Positions 1-7,812 of a DNA stretch of 38,421 nucleotides are shown here, piece after piece. The stretch is taken from positions 1 through 38,421 of the IMG/VR virus record IMGVR_UViG_2703718837_000008. One strand, 5' to 3'. The first letter of the stretch is position 1, and every line of letters starts with the position of its first letter. The position numbers and the translations under genes were made by a program. The notes below the pieces were generated by a model that was not told the origin of the DNA, searched no databases, and saw nothing but the letters and a program-made list of their open reading frames with translations. Origin of the DNA: a virus (lineage: Duplodnaviria > Heunggongvirae > Uroviricota > Caudoviricetes).

Positions 1-543
1 ATGTCAAAAAATCAGAACGCAAAAATTATTTTTGTTGAAGGTGAAACAGAGTATGCCTTGTTTCAAAAGATGAAGCAAAAAGGTTTGATTAAATTCAAAA
101 AAATTGTCAAGAAGAATTTTTGGGTTGACGATATAAAGAAATATGCAGTTAACATACCTAAAAATTGTGATTTAATAGTTGTTTTTGATAGTGATGTTAT
201 TGATAGGGTTGATAGATTTATTCAGAATGTTAATTACTTAGCAAGCAGAAAACATTCGATTTTTTTATTGCAACAGACCAGAAATTTCGAAGAGGAAATC
301 GCGTATTGCTGCTCTGTAACTTTAAATAAATTGATCGCTTCGTTTTGTAAATGCAAGACATCTGGAGTTGCAGATTTTAAGCGAGATTTTATATCTTCAT
401 CTAATCCTTTTGATAAGCTAGTAGCTTTAGGAATTAACCGGGATAAGTGGTTCAAAAGGGAGTTACATCATTCATTGTTAAGTTTATCAAAGTATAAATC
501 AGATTTTTCAACATATTTTAATGCGGATGTTATTAATTTATGA
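1..543 (+). CDS. Toprim-like (RloB/DUF4276-type) protein, probable defence-associated; complete ORF at window edge
   Basis: 180-aa ORF. N-terminal KIIFVEGETEYALF plus downstream CDLIVVFDSDV acidic motifs resemble the E-G-x-T-E / DxD Toprim signature of RloB- and DUF4276-type proteins that normally pair with an AAA ATPase. Very AT-rich. Lies outside the prophage, beyond the int end. Upstream partner, if any, is outside the window. Confidence 0.4.
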   Translation: MSKNQNAKIIFVEGETEYALFQKMKQKGLIKFKKIVKKNFWVDDIKKYAVNIPKNCDLIVVFDSDVIDRVDRFIQNVNYLASRKHSIFLLQQTRNFEEEIAYCCSVTLNKLIASFCKCKTSGVADFKRDFISSSNPFDKLVALGINRDKWFKRELHHSLLSLSKYKSDFSTYFNADVINL

Positions 544-723
544 TATCTGTGTACTAATGTTATTCGTTACTATGGGAGAATTTCATTGTGCTGATAAGAA
601 ATACAAAGCATAGTAAATCTCCTATTCTCCCGCATAAGTTAAACGACAGTGCAAGTTTAAATTCGAATCATACTATCAGTATACATTCAAGATGGCAATT
701 ATGTTTTTATGGCAAATATCTTA

Positions 724-1842
724 TTAAATAACCAATTTAACCCATTCCTGACCACGAGTATCGTTATAGCGATCGGTGGTTGCCTGGACTTTATGTCCCA
801 GTAATGTTTTTGTATCGATACCCTGCGCACGGTACAGCCGTTCTGACAGGGAGCGTTGTTCATGAAATGTTGGTGGTGTTTTTCCTGCTGGTGGAATTAT
901 TCCAGCCAGGTCCCGTGCTTTGGCAAAGTAATCGCTCAGGTTGTCTTTACTCATTGGTTTTGGTTGTTTCTGGTGCCGACTATGAATCAGGTATGGACTC
1001 AATATTCTGTCCCTGCATCCATTAATCACTTCTTTTAGCGATATCCCAATGGCATCACAGCGTAGCGTAAGCGGTAACGCAAGACGCATTCCAGTTTTTC
1101 CCTGGGTAATATGCAGGTGATCGTTCCACACATCTGAAAAACGCATGTGGCAAATGTCATCACGGCGCTGACCAGTAACAATCGCAAGAAGCATTGCGTT
1201 ACGGATAAAGTGTTTTTCAGGCGTTGCGTTGTAAATTTTTTGCCAGTCTTCCAGAGTGAGCCTGGCTCTGGTTACTTTAGGGATCGGTTTACGGGTAGCC
1301 TCCGGAGGATTCCATCCGGGAGGGACTTCCCCTGCATGCTGTGCTTCTTTATAAATATCAACCCATAATCCGCGATTTACTCTCGCTGTGCTGACCATGT
1401 CTTTATCCAGCCACTCGTCCAGTATTAATGCAAAGTCTCTTACTTCCAGTTCTTTCAATGGGTGGTTTCCCAGACGGGAAACCAGGAATGCAGCCATTCG
1501 CGCTTTTTCTTTGTGGGTTGTAGCTGCAATATCTCCATTTTTCAGTCGCGCGTCCTGTATTTTCAGATATCGATCAACCCATGCCTTTAATCTGATACCC
1601 CGACGTTTTATTGCTGACGGGCTTTCATCAATTTTGCGCATGAAATATTCGGCTTCTGCTGCAGCTATTCGCTGATTGGCTGTGGAAGCGATTCTTTCAG
1701 CTTTGCCTTTGTCTGTTCCGAGTCCGTGAAATTTTCCAGTCACAGGGTTTTTATACTGGTAGTAAACTCTGCCAGTTCTGCGATCAAACTTTTCGTAAAG
1801 ACCGGTTACGTCAGTGCTGTTTTTTCGTGGCCTCGGTGACAT
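724..1842 (-). CDS. int: Tyrosine site-specific integrase (lambda Int family)
   Basis: 372 aa. N-terminal arm-binding region and C-terminal catalytic region align by eye to lambda Int (TGQRxxD...HELRSL...LGH...Y...RG.EW). AAGGAG RBS upstream of the ATG at 1842. Overlaps xis as in lambda. Confidence 0.9.
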   Translation of the reverse strand: MSPRPRKNSTDVTGLYEKFDRRTGRVYYQYKNPVTGKFHGLGTDKGKAERIASTANQRIAAAEAEYFMRKIDESPSAIKRRGIRLKAWVDRYLKIQDARLKNGDIAATTHKEKARMAAFLVSRLGNHPLKELEVRDFALILDEWLDKDMVSTARVNRGLWVDIYKEAQHAGEVPPGWNPPEATRKPIPKVTRARLTLEDWQKIYNATPEKHFIRNAMLLAIVTGQRRDDICHMRFSDVWNDHLHITQGKTGMRLALPLTLRCDAIGISLKEVINGCRDRILSPYLIHSRHQKQPKPMSKDNLSDYFAKARDLAGIIPPAGKTPPTFHEQRSLSERLYRAQGIDTKTLLGHKVQATTDRYNDTRGQEWVKLVI

Positions 1843-2080
1843 GAGTTAAAATCTCCTTCAGTGCATCATCATCGCCAGTATGAATTTCCGGCGCAATTCC
1901 CGTTTCACCAGGTCCAACAAATACTGCCCGGCGATCTATCAGCCAACGCCCACGAATTTTTTGTGGTCTTGGAACGATGTATCCTAGTTTTCCGTATTTC
2001 ACCAGGGTAGTGTTTGTTATTGGGAGACTGAACCGTTTTGGCTTCCACTCATCGAGCGTTATCAGGTACTGTTCGCTCAT
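1811..2080 (-). CDS. xis: Excisionase (Xis)
   Basis: Small basic protein (start taken at internal Met MSEQYLITLDEW...) resembling lambda Xis (YLTLQEW...). Immediately upstream of int with a 32-nt overlap. Start codon choice (2080 vs 2089) is uncertain. Confidence 0.75.
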   Translation of the reverse strand: MSEQYLITLDEWKPKRFSLPITNTTLVKYGKLGYIVPRPQKIRGRWLIDRRAVFVGPGETGIAPEIHTGDDDALKEILTHVTEATKKQH

Positions 2081-2141
2081 GGCTATCACTCCGGAACGCG
2101 CCAGTTGCAGAATACCAACGACAACTGGCGACGGTTGAACA

Positions 2142-4613
2142 TTAAAAATCAGCCTGACTCGGGATCAGTTTTTGCCAGATAGCTGAAACGTATTTTGCCT
2201 GGTAACGAGCGTCATCAAGTGCATTATGGCGCTCACCTTCGAATGGGATAGCAGTTCTGGCATCGAAGTCTATGGCTTTCCCCAGCTCAACGATTGTGCG
2301 TACATCGCGATCGTTGTAGTAACGCCACGGGCAGGGGATCCCCTGCCGTTCGTATGAACGGCGCAAAATCGTGTTGTCGAAGTTGGCTCCATTTCCCCAG
2401 ACCTGAACAAAAAACTCACCGGAGTTTTCGTCGATAAATTCCCGCAATTGCAGTAGTGCATCATCTAACGGGATTTCATCGGTCATAATGGCAGACTGCG
2501 CTTCACGTGATTGCTTTAGCCACCATTTAATGACGTCACGATCAATGACTCCGCCAGCAGTATCCAGATCGATGGTCTTGCTAAATTCCGGTCCCATATC
2601 TCCGGTTTGTGGATCGAAAAATATTGCGCCTATTGAGATAATCGGGGCATCGGGATTTTTTCCCATGGTTTCAAGGTCGATCATCAGATGAATCCCCGCT
2701 CTGCTGGTGGATGTTAGATTATGACGACCGTTCGCCTTAATTAAGGGATCTGACGCCTCGCCAGTTTCGCTATCGCTGGCATGATGCTGATTGCCGCCAG
2801 TGTTCTCCTTGTGCTGATGTGCAGTACCTTCCATTTCCTCCGGATCATTTTCCTGAACTTCAGGCTGATTCTCTTCATCGAATATTTCCTGGTATGTTGC
2901 GTCACCCATCACCGCACCACAATCAGGGCAACTACCGCCGCCGCTCTGACCGCAGGCGGTGCAGGCTTTTTCCGGCTCCTGTTGCGCTACTGGTTCAACC
3001 TGTTTCGTTTCTGGCTCGTTTTGTTGCGCATTTGGGCTGTTTTGTTCCGTTTTCTGGTCGTTCTGTTCCGATTCTTGCTGGTTCTGGTTTACAGAATCGC
3101 GGGTTTCAATCCCCTTCACCCATTTCGGATCATTCGGGTCGCTAATCCCTGCAACAAATTCTCCGCGAGAGGCAGCAAGCAACTTATCGGCGTCAGGCTG
3201 GCTGATATTGGCTGCCTGCATAATTTTGTTTACTTCGTCAGCGGTAACTTTTACCGGCTCTGGTTGTGCGATCGTGTCAGATGCACCAGTATTTTGTTGT
3301 GAACCTGAGTATGTGCCGTTTTTGCGGGCAAAATATTCTTCTTTCGTGATTTCAGTAGCCCCTGCAGCCAGCGCCTTATTCAGACCAGAAAGTTTGTTTG
3401 CACGACCATATTTTTCGCCATCCTTATCGGTGAAAAGGAAGTAGAACGGCCCCTCACGCTCTACAGATGGTTCAGTTTCCAGCGTGCTTTCATTTTTTTG
3501 AGTATCAGATACTTCAGTTTCCACTGCATCAGTTTGTGCTGCTGACGGCTGGAGAATATCAGCAGTGTTCTGGTCTGTTTCTTCATCCTCAAATACGCCC
3601 TTTGTCGCCAGGTATTCAGTGATGTATTTGTTCAGTGCTACGGGATCTTTGTGAATGTCGATCGGACGCTCACGGACAAGGCCAAAAATAGTCTGGCGGT
3701 CGTAGCGAAGGGCATCAGGCTGTTTGCGCATTGATGCCGAGATACGCTTCCAGTCTTCGCGGTCGTTGTCGATAACTTCATTTTTTGCCCAGCGATGGAT
3801 GCTGCCGTCAATGTTTCCGGTATCCACATCACCAGGCCAGAGAGCGTAGGCCAGTTCGTCATCCAGTGTTTTCCATGTCTGCTTGTATTCGCGATGAATG
3901 GCAGCAATGACCTGGCTGATTTTTCCTGTTGAATTTTCAGCGTGCTGTTGATTGGCTCTGGCGCGGGCGAGATCAACAACAGACGTGTATTTTCCGGTTT
4001 CCTTGCGTTCACCTTCGCGACGTTTTTTCCAGATGCGCATCTCTGCCTGAATTTCGGGCCATTTGGCACCAGGCTTACATTTATGCTTAACCCACCCGAT
4101 GGCATGCAGCTTAAGCTCCGGATACATGGCGTTAACTTCTGGCATTTTCATCAACGCTTCAACGATATGTCCGTCGAATGTTGCCATGTCTTCCTGCAAC
4201 AGTTCCTGCGCGCTAATCACCATATCAACGGTGATGTTTTCACATGTGTCGAACTTAACCATGACAGCGTTCTGTACTTCAGGGGCCAGCTTGTCAAAAG
4301 TGACGTTCATCGGATCTGATTCAGTCTCAACCGGGACAAAGGAAGCAGACTCCTCATCCCAGCGGTTTTCCTGCATATATTCAGCATCCCAGGAATCGAG
4401 GGCAGGGCGGGGTATACCGGGTTTATCCTCGCAGACAAGAAATTTATAAGCGCAGTCCTGAGCAGCCGGATATTGCTCCAGGAATTGCCAGGTAAATTTG
4501 GCACGGGCGCGGCGTTCGTCACCGGCTTCAATGGCAGTGGCTACAGCAACTGCACCTTCTTCCTTTATTGCCTGTTCGTCCGGAATGGCGGCGCAAATAA
4601 AGACTTTACTCAT
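2142..4613 (-). CDS. Exodeoxyribonuclease VIII-like protein with C-terminal DEDDh (DnaQ-like) 3'-5' exonuclease domain
   Basis: 823 aa. Central acidic/Gln-rich linker and a segment (KLLAASRGEFVAGISDPNDPKWVKG) that I recall from RecE-like prophage proteins. The C-terminal ~180 aa carries DnaQ-like motifs (MIDLETMG ... H.A..DA). No recT-like partner seen. Confidence 0.6.
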   Translation of the reverse strand: MSKVFICAAIPDEQAIKEEGAVAVATAIEAGDERRARAKFTWQFLEQYPAAQDCAYKFLVCEDKPGIPRPALDSWDAEYMQENRWDEESASFVPVETESDPMNVTFDKLAPEVQNAVMVKFDTCENITVDMVISAQELLQEDMATFDGHIVEALMKMPEVNAMYPELKLHAIGWVKHKCKPGAKWPEIQAEMRIWKKRREGERKETGKYTSVVDLARARANQQHAENSTGKISQVIAAIHREYKQTWKTLDDELAYALWPGDVDTGNIDGSIHRWAKNEVIDNDREDWKRISASMRKQPDALRYDRQTIFGLVRERPIDIHKDPVALNKYITEYLATKGVFEDEETDQNTADILQPSAAQTDAVETEVSDTQKNESTLETEPSVEREGPFYFLFTDKDGEKYGRANKLSGLNKALAAGATEITKEEYFARKNGTYSGSQQNTGASDTIAQPEPVKVTADEVNKIMQAANISQPDADKLLAASRGEFVAGISDPNDPKWVKGIETRDSVNQNQQESEQNDQKTEQNSPNAQQNEPETKQVEPVAQQEPEKACTACGQSGGGSCPDCGAVMGDATYQEIFDEENQPEVQENDPEEMEGTAHQHKENTGGNQHHASDSETGEASDPLIKANGRHNLTSTSRAGIHLMIDLETMGKNPDAPIISIGAIFFDPQTGDMGPEFSKTIDLDTAGGVIDRDVIKWWLKQSREAQSAIMTDEIPLDDALLQLREFIDENSGEFFVQVWGNGANFDNTILRRSYERQGIPCPWRYYNDRDVRTIVELGKAIDFDARTAIPFEGERHNALDDARYQAKYVSAIWQKLIPSQADF

Positions 4614-4692
4614 TTTGTTTTACCTCATTACAGATTTAAGGGTGAACAAATCCCTGCCATTGCTGGCATATAAAAATGAAACTGGATATTAA

Positions 4693-4896
4693 TTACGGCG
4701 CTGTTTTTAATCCTGCCGGGATTTCGTTATTATCCTGGTGAATAACTTTATCGACCGGATAACAGTTACCGGGAATTTTCTGTTCCGCTGCGGCAGCCGT
4801 GCATTCTTTCATTGAACCGTAAATGTCAATAACCAAGTCAACAGGCTCGCCCGTATTAAGAAAAACTGTCAGAGTGAGAGCAATTGCTGTATTCAT
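4693..4896 (-). CDS. Small membrane protein, YdfD-like by position (downstream of dicB)
   Basis: 67 aa from ATG at 4896, which overlaps the dicB stop (ATGA). Hydrophobic N-terminus (MNTAIALTLTVFL). Occupies the same position as ydfD in the K-12 Qin prophage. Confidence 0.45.
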   Translation of the reverse strand: MNTAIALTLTVFLNTGEPVDLVIDIYGSMKECTAAAAEQKIPGNCYPVDKVIHQDNNEIPAGLKTAP

Positions 4897-5081
4897 TGCC
4901 AGCATCCTTTTTGCATCGGGCGTAAACGTGCCAGTATTGAAAGAATGCATATTTTATTTAATAGCTCTCGTTCGTGTTTTCTCTTATTAATGGCATCTTC
5001 AGTAAATGCAGGGTTACTGATTTTGACACCAATTTCAAAACAACCTTCAGACGTATTAACGTTTGGTAATAACGTTTCCAT
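4893..5081 (-). CDS. dicB: Cell division inhibitor DicB
   Basis: 62-aa product METLLPNVNTSEGCFEIGVKISNPAFTEDAINKRKHERELLNKICILSILARLRPMQKGCWQ is near-identical to my recollection of K-12 DicB (62 aa). The ORF track extends it upstream, but the conserved length and the DicF spacing support the internal start at 5081. Confidence 0.85.
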   Translation of the reverse strand: METLLPNVNTSEGCFEIGVKISNPAFTEDAINKRKHERELLNKICILSILARLRPMQKGCWQ

Positions 5082-5250
5082 TATCGCGTCCTCAACAATG
5101 AATTTTGTGATGCGGTGCCTGGTGCCTCCAGGTGACGTTAACCAGTTAACAATTAACGCCGGATACAGAGAATCCACCCGTAACACTGTTTTTAGCTTTA
5201 ACTGTTCCGCGTGCGCTGAGCCGCATTCACCGCATCACAAAATTCACTTT

Positions 5251-5308
5251 AAAAAGGGCGGCAGAGCAGTCGCGGAGTAAAACTGATACCGCCAAACGCC
5301 ACCAGAAA
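5251..5308 (-). ncRNA. dicF: DicF small RNA (ftsZ-targeting sRNA)
   Basis: Minus-strand sequence TTTCTGGTGGCGTTTGGCGGTATCAGTTTTACTCCGCGACTGCTCTGCCGCCCTTTTT matches the K-12 DicF sequence as I recall it (1-2 substitutions), ending in a T-run. Lies ~170 nt upstream of dicB, as in Qin. Ends are approximate. Confidence 0.75.
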
Positions 5309-5577
5309 ATTGATAACAGAGGGCGTTGCAGCGGGGTTGTCACTTAAGCGTATGGTCAACCTGACAACCCGGTGTCCTCAACGGGGAAGGAATAACCCCG
5401 CCATACTTACCGCCGCGCCATTTCGCGGAGTGCCACAACCGGAAGCGCACGGTCGACGAAAATTTAACGACAGGCTATCTATAAACCAGCTACCTCGCCG
5501 TACGCTTTCGCGTTGTGTGCCTGCTTTTAACCACGTCAGGCGAGGTGGTTCCTGTTATTCCCCAACAACAAGAAATT

Positions 5578-5585
5578 TGTATAAT
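5578..5585 (+). promoter_or_regulatory. Extended -10 promoter (TGtTATAAT) for the downstream + strand ORF
   Basis: TG at 5578-5579 followed by TATAAT at 5580-5585. Flanked by two 17-nt direct repeats TCCCCAACAAC(A/G)AGAA at 5559-5575 and 5593-5609. GAGAAGA RBS at 5604-5610 precedes a GTG start at 5620. Confidence 0.4.
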
Positions 5586-5619
5586 CCGGATATCCCCAAC
5601 AACGAGAAGAGTACTCAAC

Positions 5620-6075
5620 GTGATAGCAGAACTGTCAGCGGCTATGGCTGCGATAAAGGAGACAGCTGGTCTCGCTAAGGTTATTAATGACGCAAAAACG
5701 GATGCAGAAGTTAAAGCCGCAACTATTGAACTTCAGAACAAACTAATCACGCTTCAGGCGGAATGCTTCTCTCTTTGCGATGCGATCCGCTTTCGTGATG
5801 AAGAGATAATGCATCTCAAAGCAAAAATTGCAGAGACAGAAGATTTTCAGCGACAGGCGGAAGGTTACAAGCTTAACAAGCTTGATTCTGGAACCCTTGT
5901 ATATTCCAAGAAGCAATTTATAGGCGATACTGAGATAACTGTGCATCTTTGCCCACAATGTTTTGGAAAAAAGGCAATATCTGTACTTCAGCCAATGGAA
6001 ATAATGCGCTTTGATGCTCATTTTCGTACTTTTTGCCCCGCTTGCAATAATAAGTTCTGGATGAACTCAAGATAA
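5620..6075 (+). CDS. Hypothetical protein: N-terminal coiled-coil plus C-terminal C4 zinc ribbon
   Basis: ~152 aa from GTG 5620 (ATG at 5644 is an alternative). Heptad-like N-terminus (AAIKETAGLAKVINDAKTDAEVKAATIELQNKLITLQAE...). C-terminus has CPQC...(22 aa)...CPAC. Convergent to the dicB operon and sits in an insertion relative to the K-12 ydfC-dicF junction. Confidence 0.5.
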   Translation: MIAELSAAMAAIKETAGLAKVINDAKTDAEVKAATIELQNKLITLQAECFSLCDAIRFRDEEIMHLKAKIAETEDFQRQAEGYKLNKLDSGTLVYSKKQFIGDTEITVHLCPQCFGKKAISVLQPMEIMRFDAHFRTFCPACNNKFWMNSR

Positions 6076-6210
6076 TTAACCGTTTAAATAAGTTGGGACT
6101 ATCCAGATTTTTAAAGAACGTACCGGATGCTCACCCGTGTCCGGCGCACGCACTCCACCTCACCCGTGGAGAACTCCTTAATTACCAACCTTAGCTTCGT
6201 TGGTTAGCTA

Positions 6211-6429
6211 TTAACGCGGGTATGTAATCATTCTGGCAATGCTTAATGTCGCTGCTTTTTCCAGCCTGGTGATATCCTGCTCCAGAGCGGACAGATTTTC
6301 AGCCTGCTTAGCCCTGGCTTCATTGGCCCATTTCAGATCCTGCGCTGCATTAATTTTCTGGCGCATCCACTCATAAAGTTCATCATCGGTATAGTCTGGC
6401 GCGATGATGACGGGTTCTCGTTTCTGCAT
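6211..6429 (-). CDS. ydfC: YdfC-like small protein
   Basis: 72 aa, same length and position as Qin ydfC (dicA-ydfA-ydfB-ydfC-dicF-dicB order). Assignment is mainly by synteny. Confidence 0.5.
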   Translation of the reverse strand: MQKREPVIIAPDYTDDELYEWMRQKINAAQDLKWANEARAKQAENLSALEQDITRLEKAATLSIARMITYPR

Positions 6430-6458
6430 ACTGATTCCTCGCGGTGCTGTTTCGCTTA

Positions 6459-6587
6459 TCAGCCGTTAGATTTTGCCGAACTGGAAAGCGCCTGTTTAAA
6501 TTCGCTGAAGCTGAGAGTTTCTTCGCCTTCGGCAAGGCCTTCGAAGTATTCTTCGTAAGCCTTTTTCATGATTGTGTCGAAATCCAT
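6459..6587 (-). CDS. ydfB: YdfB-like small protein (42 aa)
   Basis: Not in the ORF track (below its length cutoff). Reverse-strand ORF MDFDTIMKKAYEEYFEGLAEGEETLSFSEFKQALSSSAKSNG with a GGTGAG RBS; its ATG lies 1 nt after the ydfA stop. Matches the 42-aa ydfB size of Qin. Confidence 0.5.
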   Translation of the reverse strand: MDFDTIMKKAYEEYFEGLAEGEETLSFSEFKQALSSSAKSNG

Positions 6588-6588
6588 A

Positions 6589-6744
6589 TCACTCACCTGA
6601 GTTTCTTTCCAGCCAGCGACGGGCACCATTTTCGGTTTTAAACGTTTTGCTTTTGGTATACGTCATCGCGGTGAACGTGCCGTCCTGGTTGGGAAACACG
6701 CCGTACACCAGAGATTCGTTGTTGCCAAGATCGATAGTATCCAT
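6589..6744 (-). CDS. ydfA: YdfA-like small protein (51 aa)
   Basis: Internal Met start MDTIDLGNNESLVYGVFPNQDGTFTAMTYTKSKTFKTENGARRWLERNSGE with GAGG RBS. 51 aa as in Qin ydfA. First gene downstream of the repressor-controlled promoter. Confidence 0.55.
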   Translation of the reverse strand: MDTIDLGNNESLVYGVFPNQDGTFTAMTYTKSKTFKTENGARRWLERNSGE

Positions 6745-6926
6745 GTTGACCTCATTTCCCCTTAACGCCGGGGTAGCGGAACAAAAACCTGCTGCATAGT
6801 TATTAAAGTTGAACCCTGCCGTCATGTTCTTACGCCTCGGGCTGGCTACTTACCCCCTGACCACTGCCTGGTAACTCGAAGTATTGCCCTGCGTTCTGTG
6901 GGACGGGGTGGGTTGGCATGAAAGAA

Positions 6927-6967
6927 ATGATACCCATGGGTATTCAAAAAGTAAATACCCATGGGTA
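6927..6967 (-). promoter_or_regulatory. Predicted promoter of the ydfABC-dicF-dicB operon with two identical 12-bp palindromic operators
   Basis: Perfect palindrome TACCCATGGGTA at 6931-6942 and again at 6956-6967 (25 bp centre to centre). On the minus strand a TTTACT(-35)-17-TATCAT(-10) promoter (plus coordinates 6950-6955 and 6927-6932) overlaps them. Confidence 0.5.
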
Positions 6968-7009
6968 AATTTTTGAAGTATCTTGACTGGTGACTGGTTG
7001 TTTGGTGAG

Positions 7010-7429
7010 TTATGATGCGTTTTGTGCTTTCTTTTTACGGATTTCTTCGTAGATCATATTGTAATACTGTTTTTTCTCTTCAAGAGTTTTTAATAAGTTA
7101 TCCGCTTCACTTTCAGGCAGTTCGTCTAAGAGATCTAAAAAAATACGTTGTCGTGGCGTTAGAACCCTTGTTTCATAATTGGAGGCTGTGTTCGTTGATG
7201 ATGAAACGATACCATCCATCCATCCCCGGGGTAACCCAAAGGACTCTTCTATAATCTCCACCATATCATCAGCGATCCGTTTTTTTCCTTTTTTCCCCTC
7301 TGGGTACAACATTCTTGATACATAAGAAGGCTCGCGACCGATCTTTCTGGCCACGTTAACCGCTTTACCATCGCATTTCTCATCACGAATTTTGATGAGT
7401 TGTTGTCGTCTAAATTCATATTTGTCCAT
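7010..7429 (-). CDS. DicA/CI-like HTH (XRE family) repressor
   Basis: 139 aa from the internal Met at 7429 (MDKYEFRRQQLIKIRDEK...). HTH segment VNVARKIGREPSYVSRML. C-terminus (LTPRQRIFLDLLDELPESEADNLL...) resembles DicA as I recall it. Divergent from a Cro-like gene. The longer ORF-track start at 7471 would run into the operator region. Confidence 0.7.
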   Translation of the reverse strand: MDKYEFRRQQLIKIRDEKCDGKAVNVARKIGREPSYVSRMLYPEGKKGKKRIADDMVEIIEESFGLPRGWMDGIVSSSTNTASNYETRVLTPRQRIFLDLLDELPESEADNLLKTLEEKKQYYNMIYEEIRKKKAQNAS

Positions 7430-7449
7430 AGGTAAATAATAGATGCGAT

Positions 7450-7504
7450 TACCGCAAGGTAAACAACCCAAGGGTATTGACTTTTGTTTACCTGTGGGTA
7501 TTCT
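7450..7504. promoter_or_regulatory. Divergent immunity-switch control region: three TACC-N4-GGTA operators and a rightward promoter
   Basis: TACCGCAAGGTA (7450-7461), AACCCAAGGGTA (7465-7476), TACCTGTGGGTA (7489-7500). TTGACT (7477-7482)-16-TATTCT (7499-7504) reads toward the Cro-like gene, with the third operator overlapping the -10. Confidence 0.55.
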
Positions 7505-7530
7505 TTTGCTGTGTTTACTAAGGAGTAGCT

Positions 7531-7812
7531 ATGGAAGAATTAAGAATATTTCTCAATTCTCTTTCGTCAGATGAACAGCGTATGTTTGCATGTGAGTGTG
7601 GTACTAGCATCGGTTATCTAAGAAAGGCATTGAGTAAAGGTCAAATGTTAGGGGCATCGTTATGTGTCCTTATTGAGCGAGCCAGTAATGGTGAAGTTAC
7701 ACGTCAGCAACTAAGGCCTTTTGATTGGATGAAGATTTGGCCCGAGCTGGAAGATACCAAAACGTTAACACAACCACTTACTAGGAGCTTGATTCATGAA
7801 AATCAAGCATGA
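7531..7812 (+). CDS. Cro/YdaS-like HTH regulator
   Basis: 93 aa. AGGAG RBS. Motif IERASNGEVTRQQLRPFDWMKIWPEL is typical of YdaS/Cro-like prophage regulators. Divergent from the repressor. Confidence 0.65.
   Translation: MEELRIFLNSLSSDEQRMFACECGTSIGYLRKALSKGQMLGASLCVLIERASNGEVTRQQLRPFDWMKIWPELEDTKTLTQPLTRSLIHENQA

Noticed and set aside
2488-4449. Several + strand ORFs of 67-173 aa inside the exonuclease VIII-like gene
   Set aside because: All antisense to a long, well-supported minus-strand CDS; no RBS; low-complexity translations.
4945-5678. Plus-strand ORFs 4945-5280 and 5310-5678
   Set aside because: The first overlaps dicB and DicF antisense. The second spans the promoter/5' region of the zinc-ribbon ORF, has no RBS and an Arg/Pro-rich translation.
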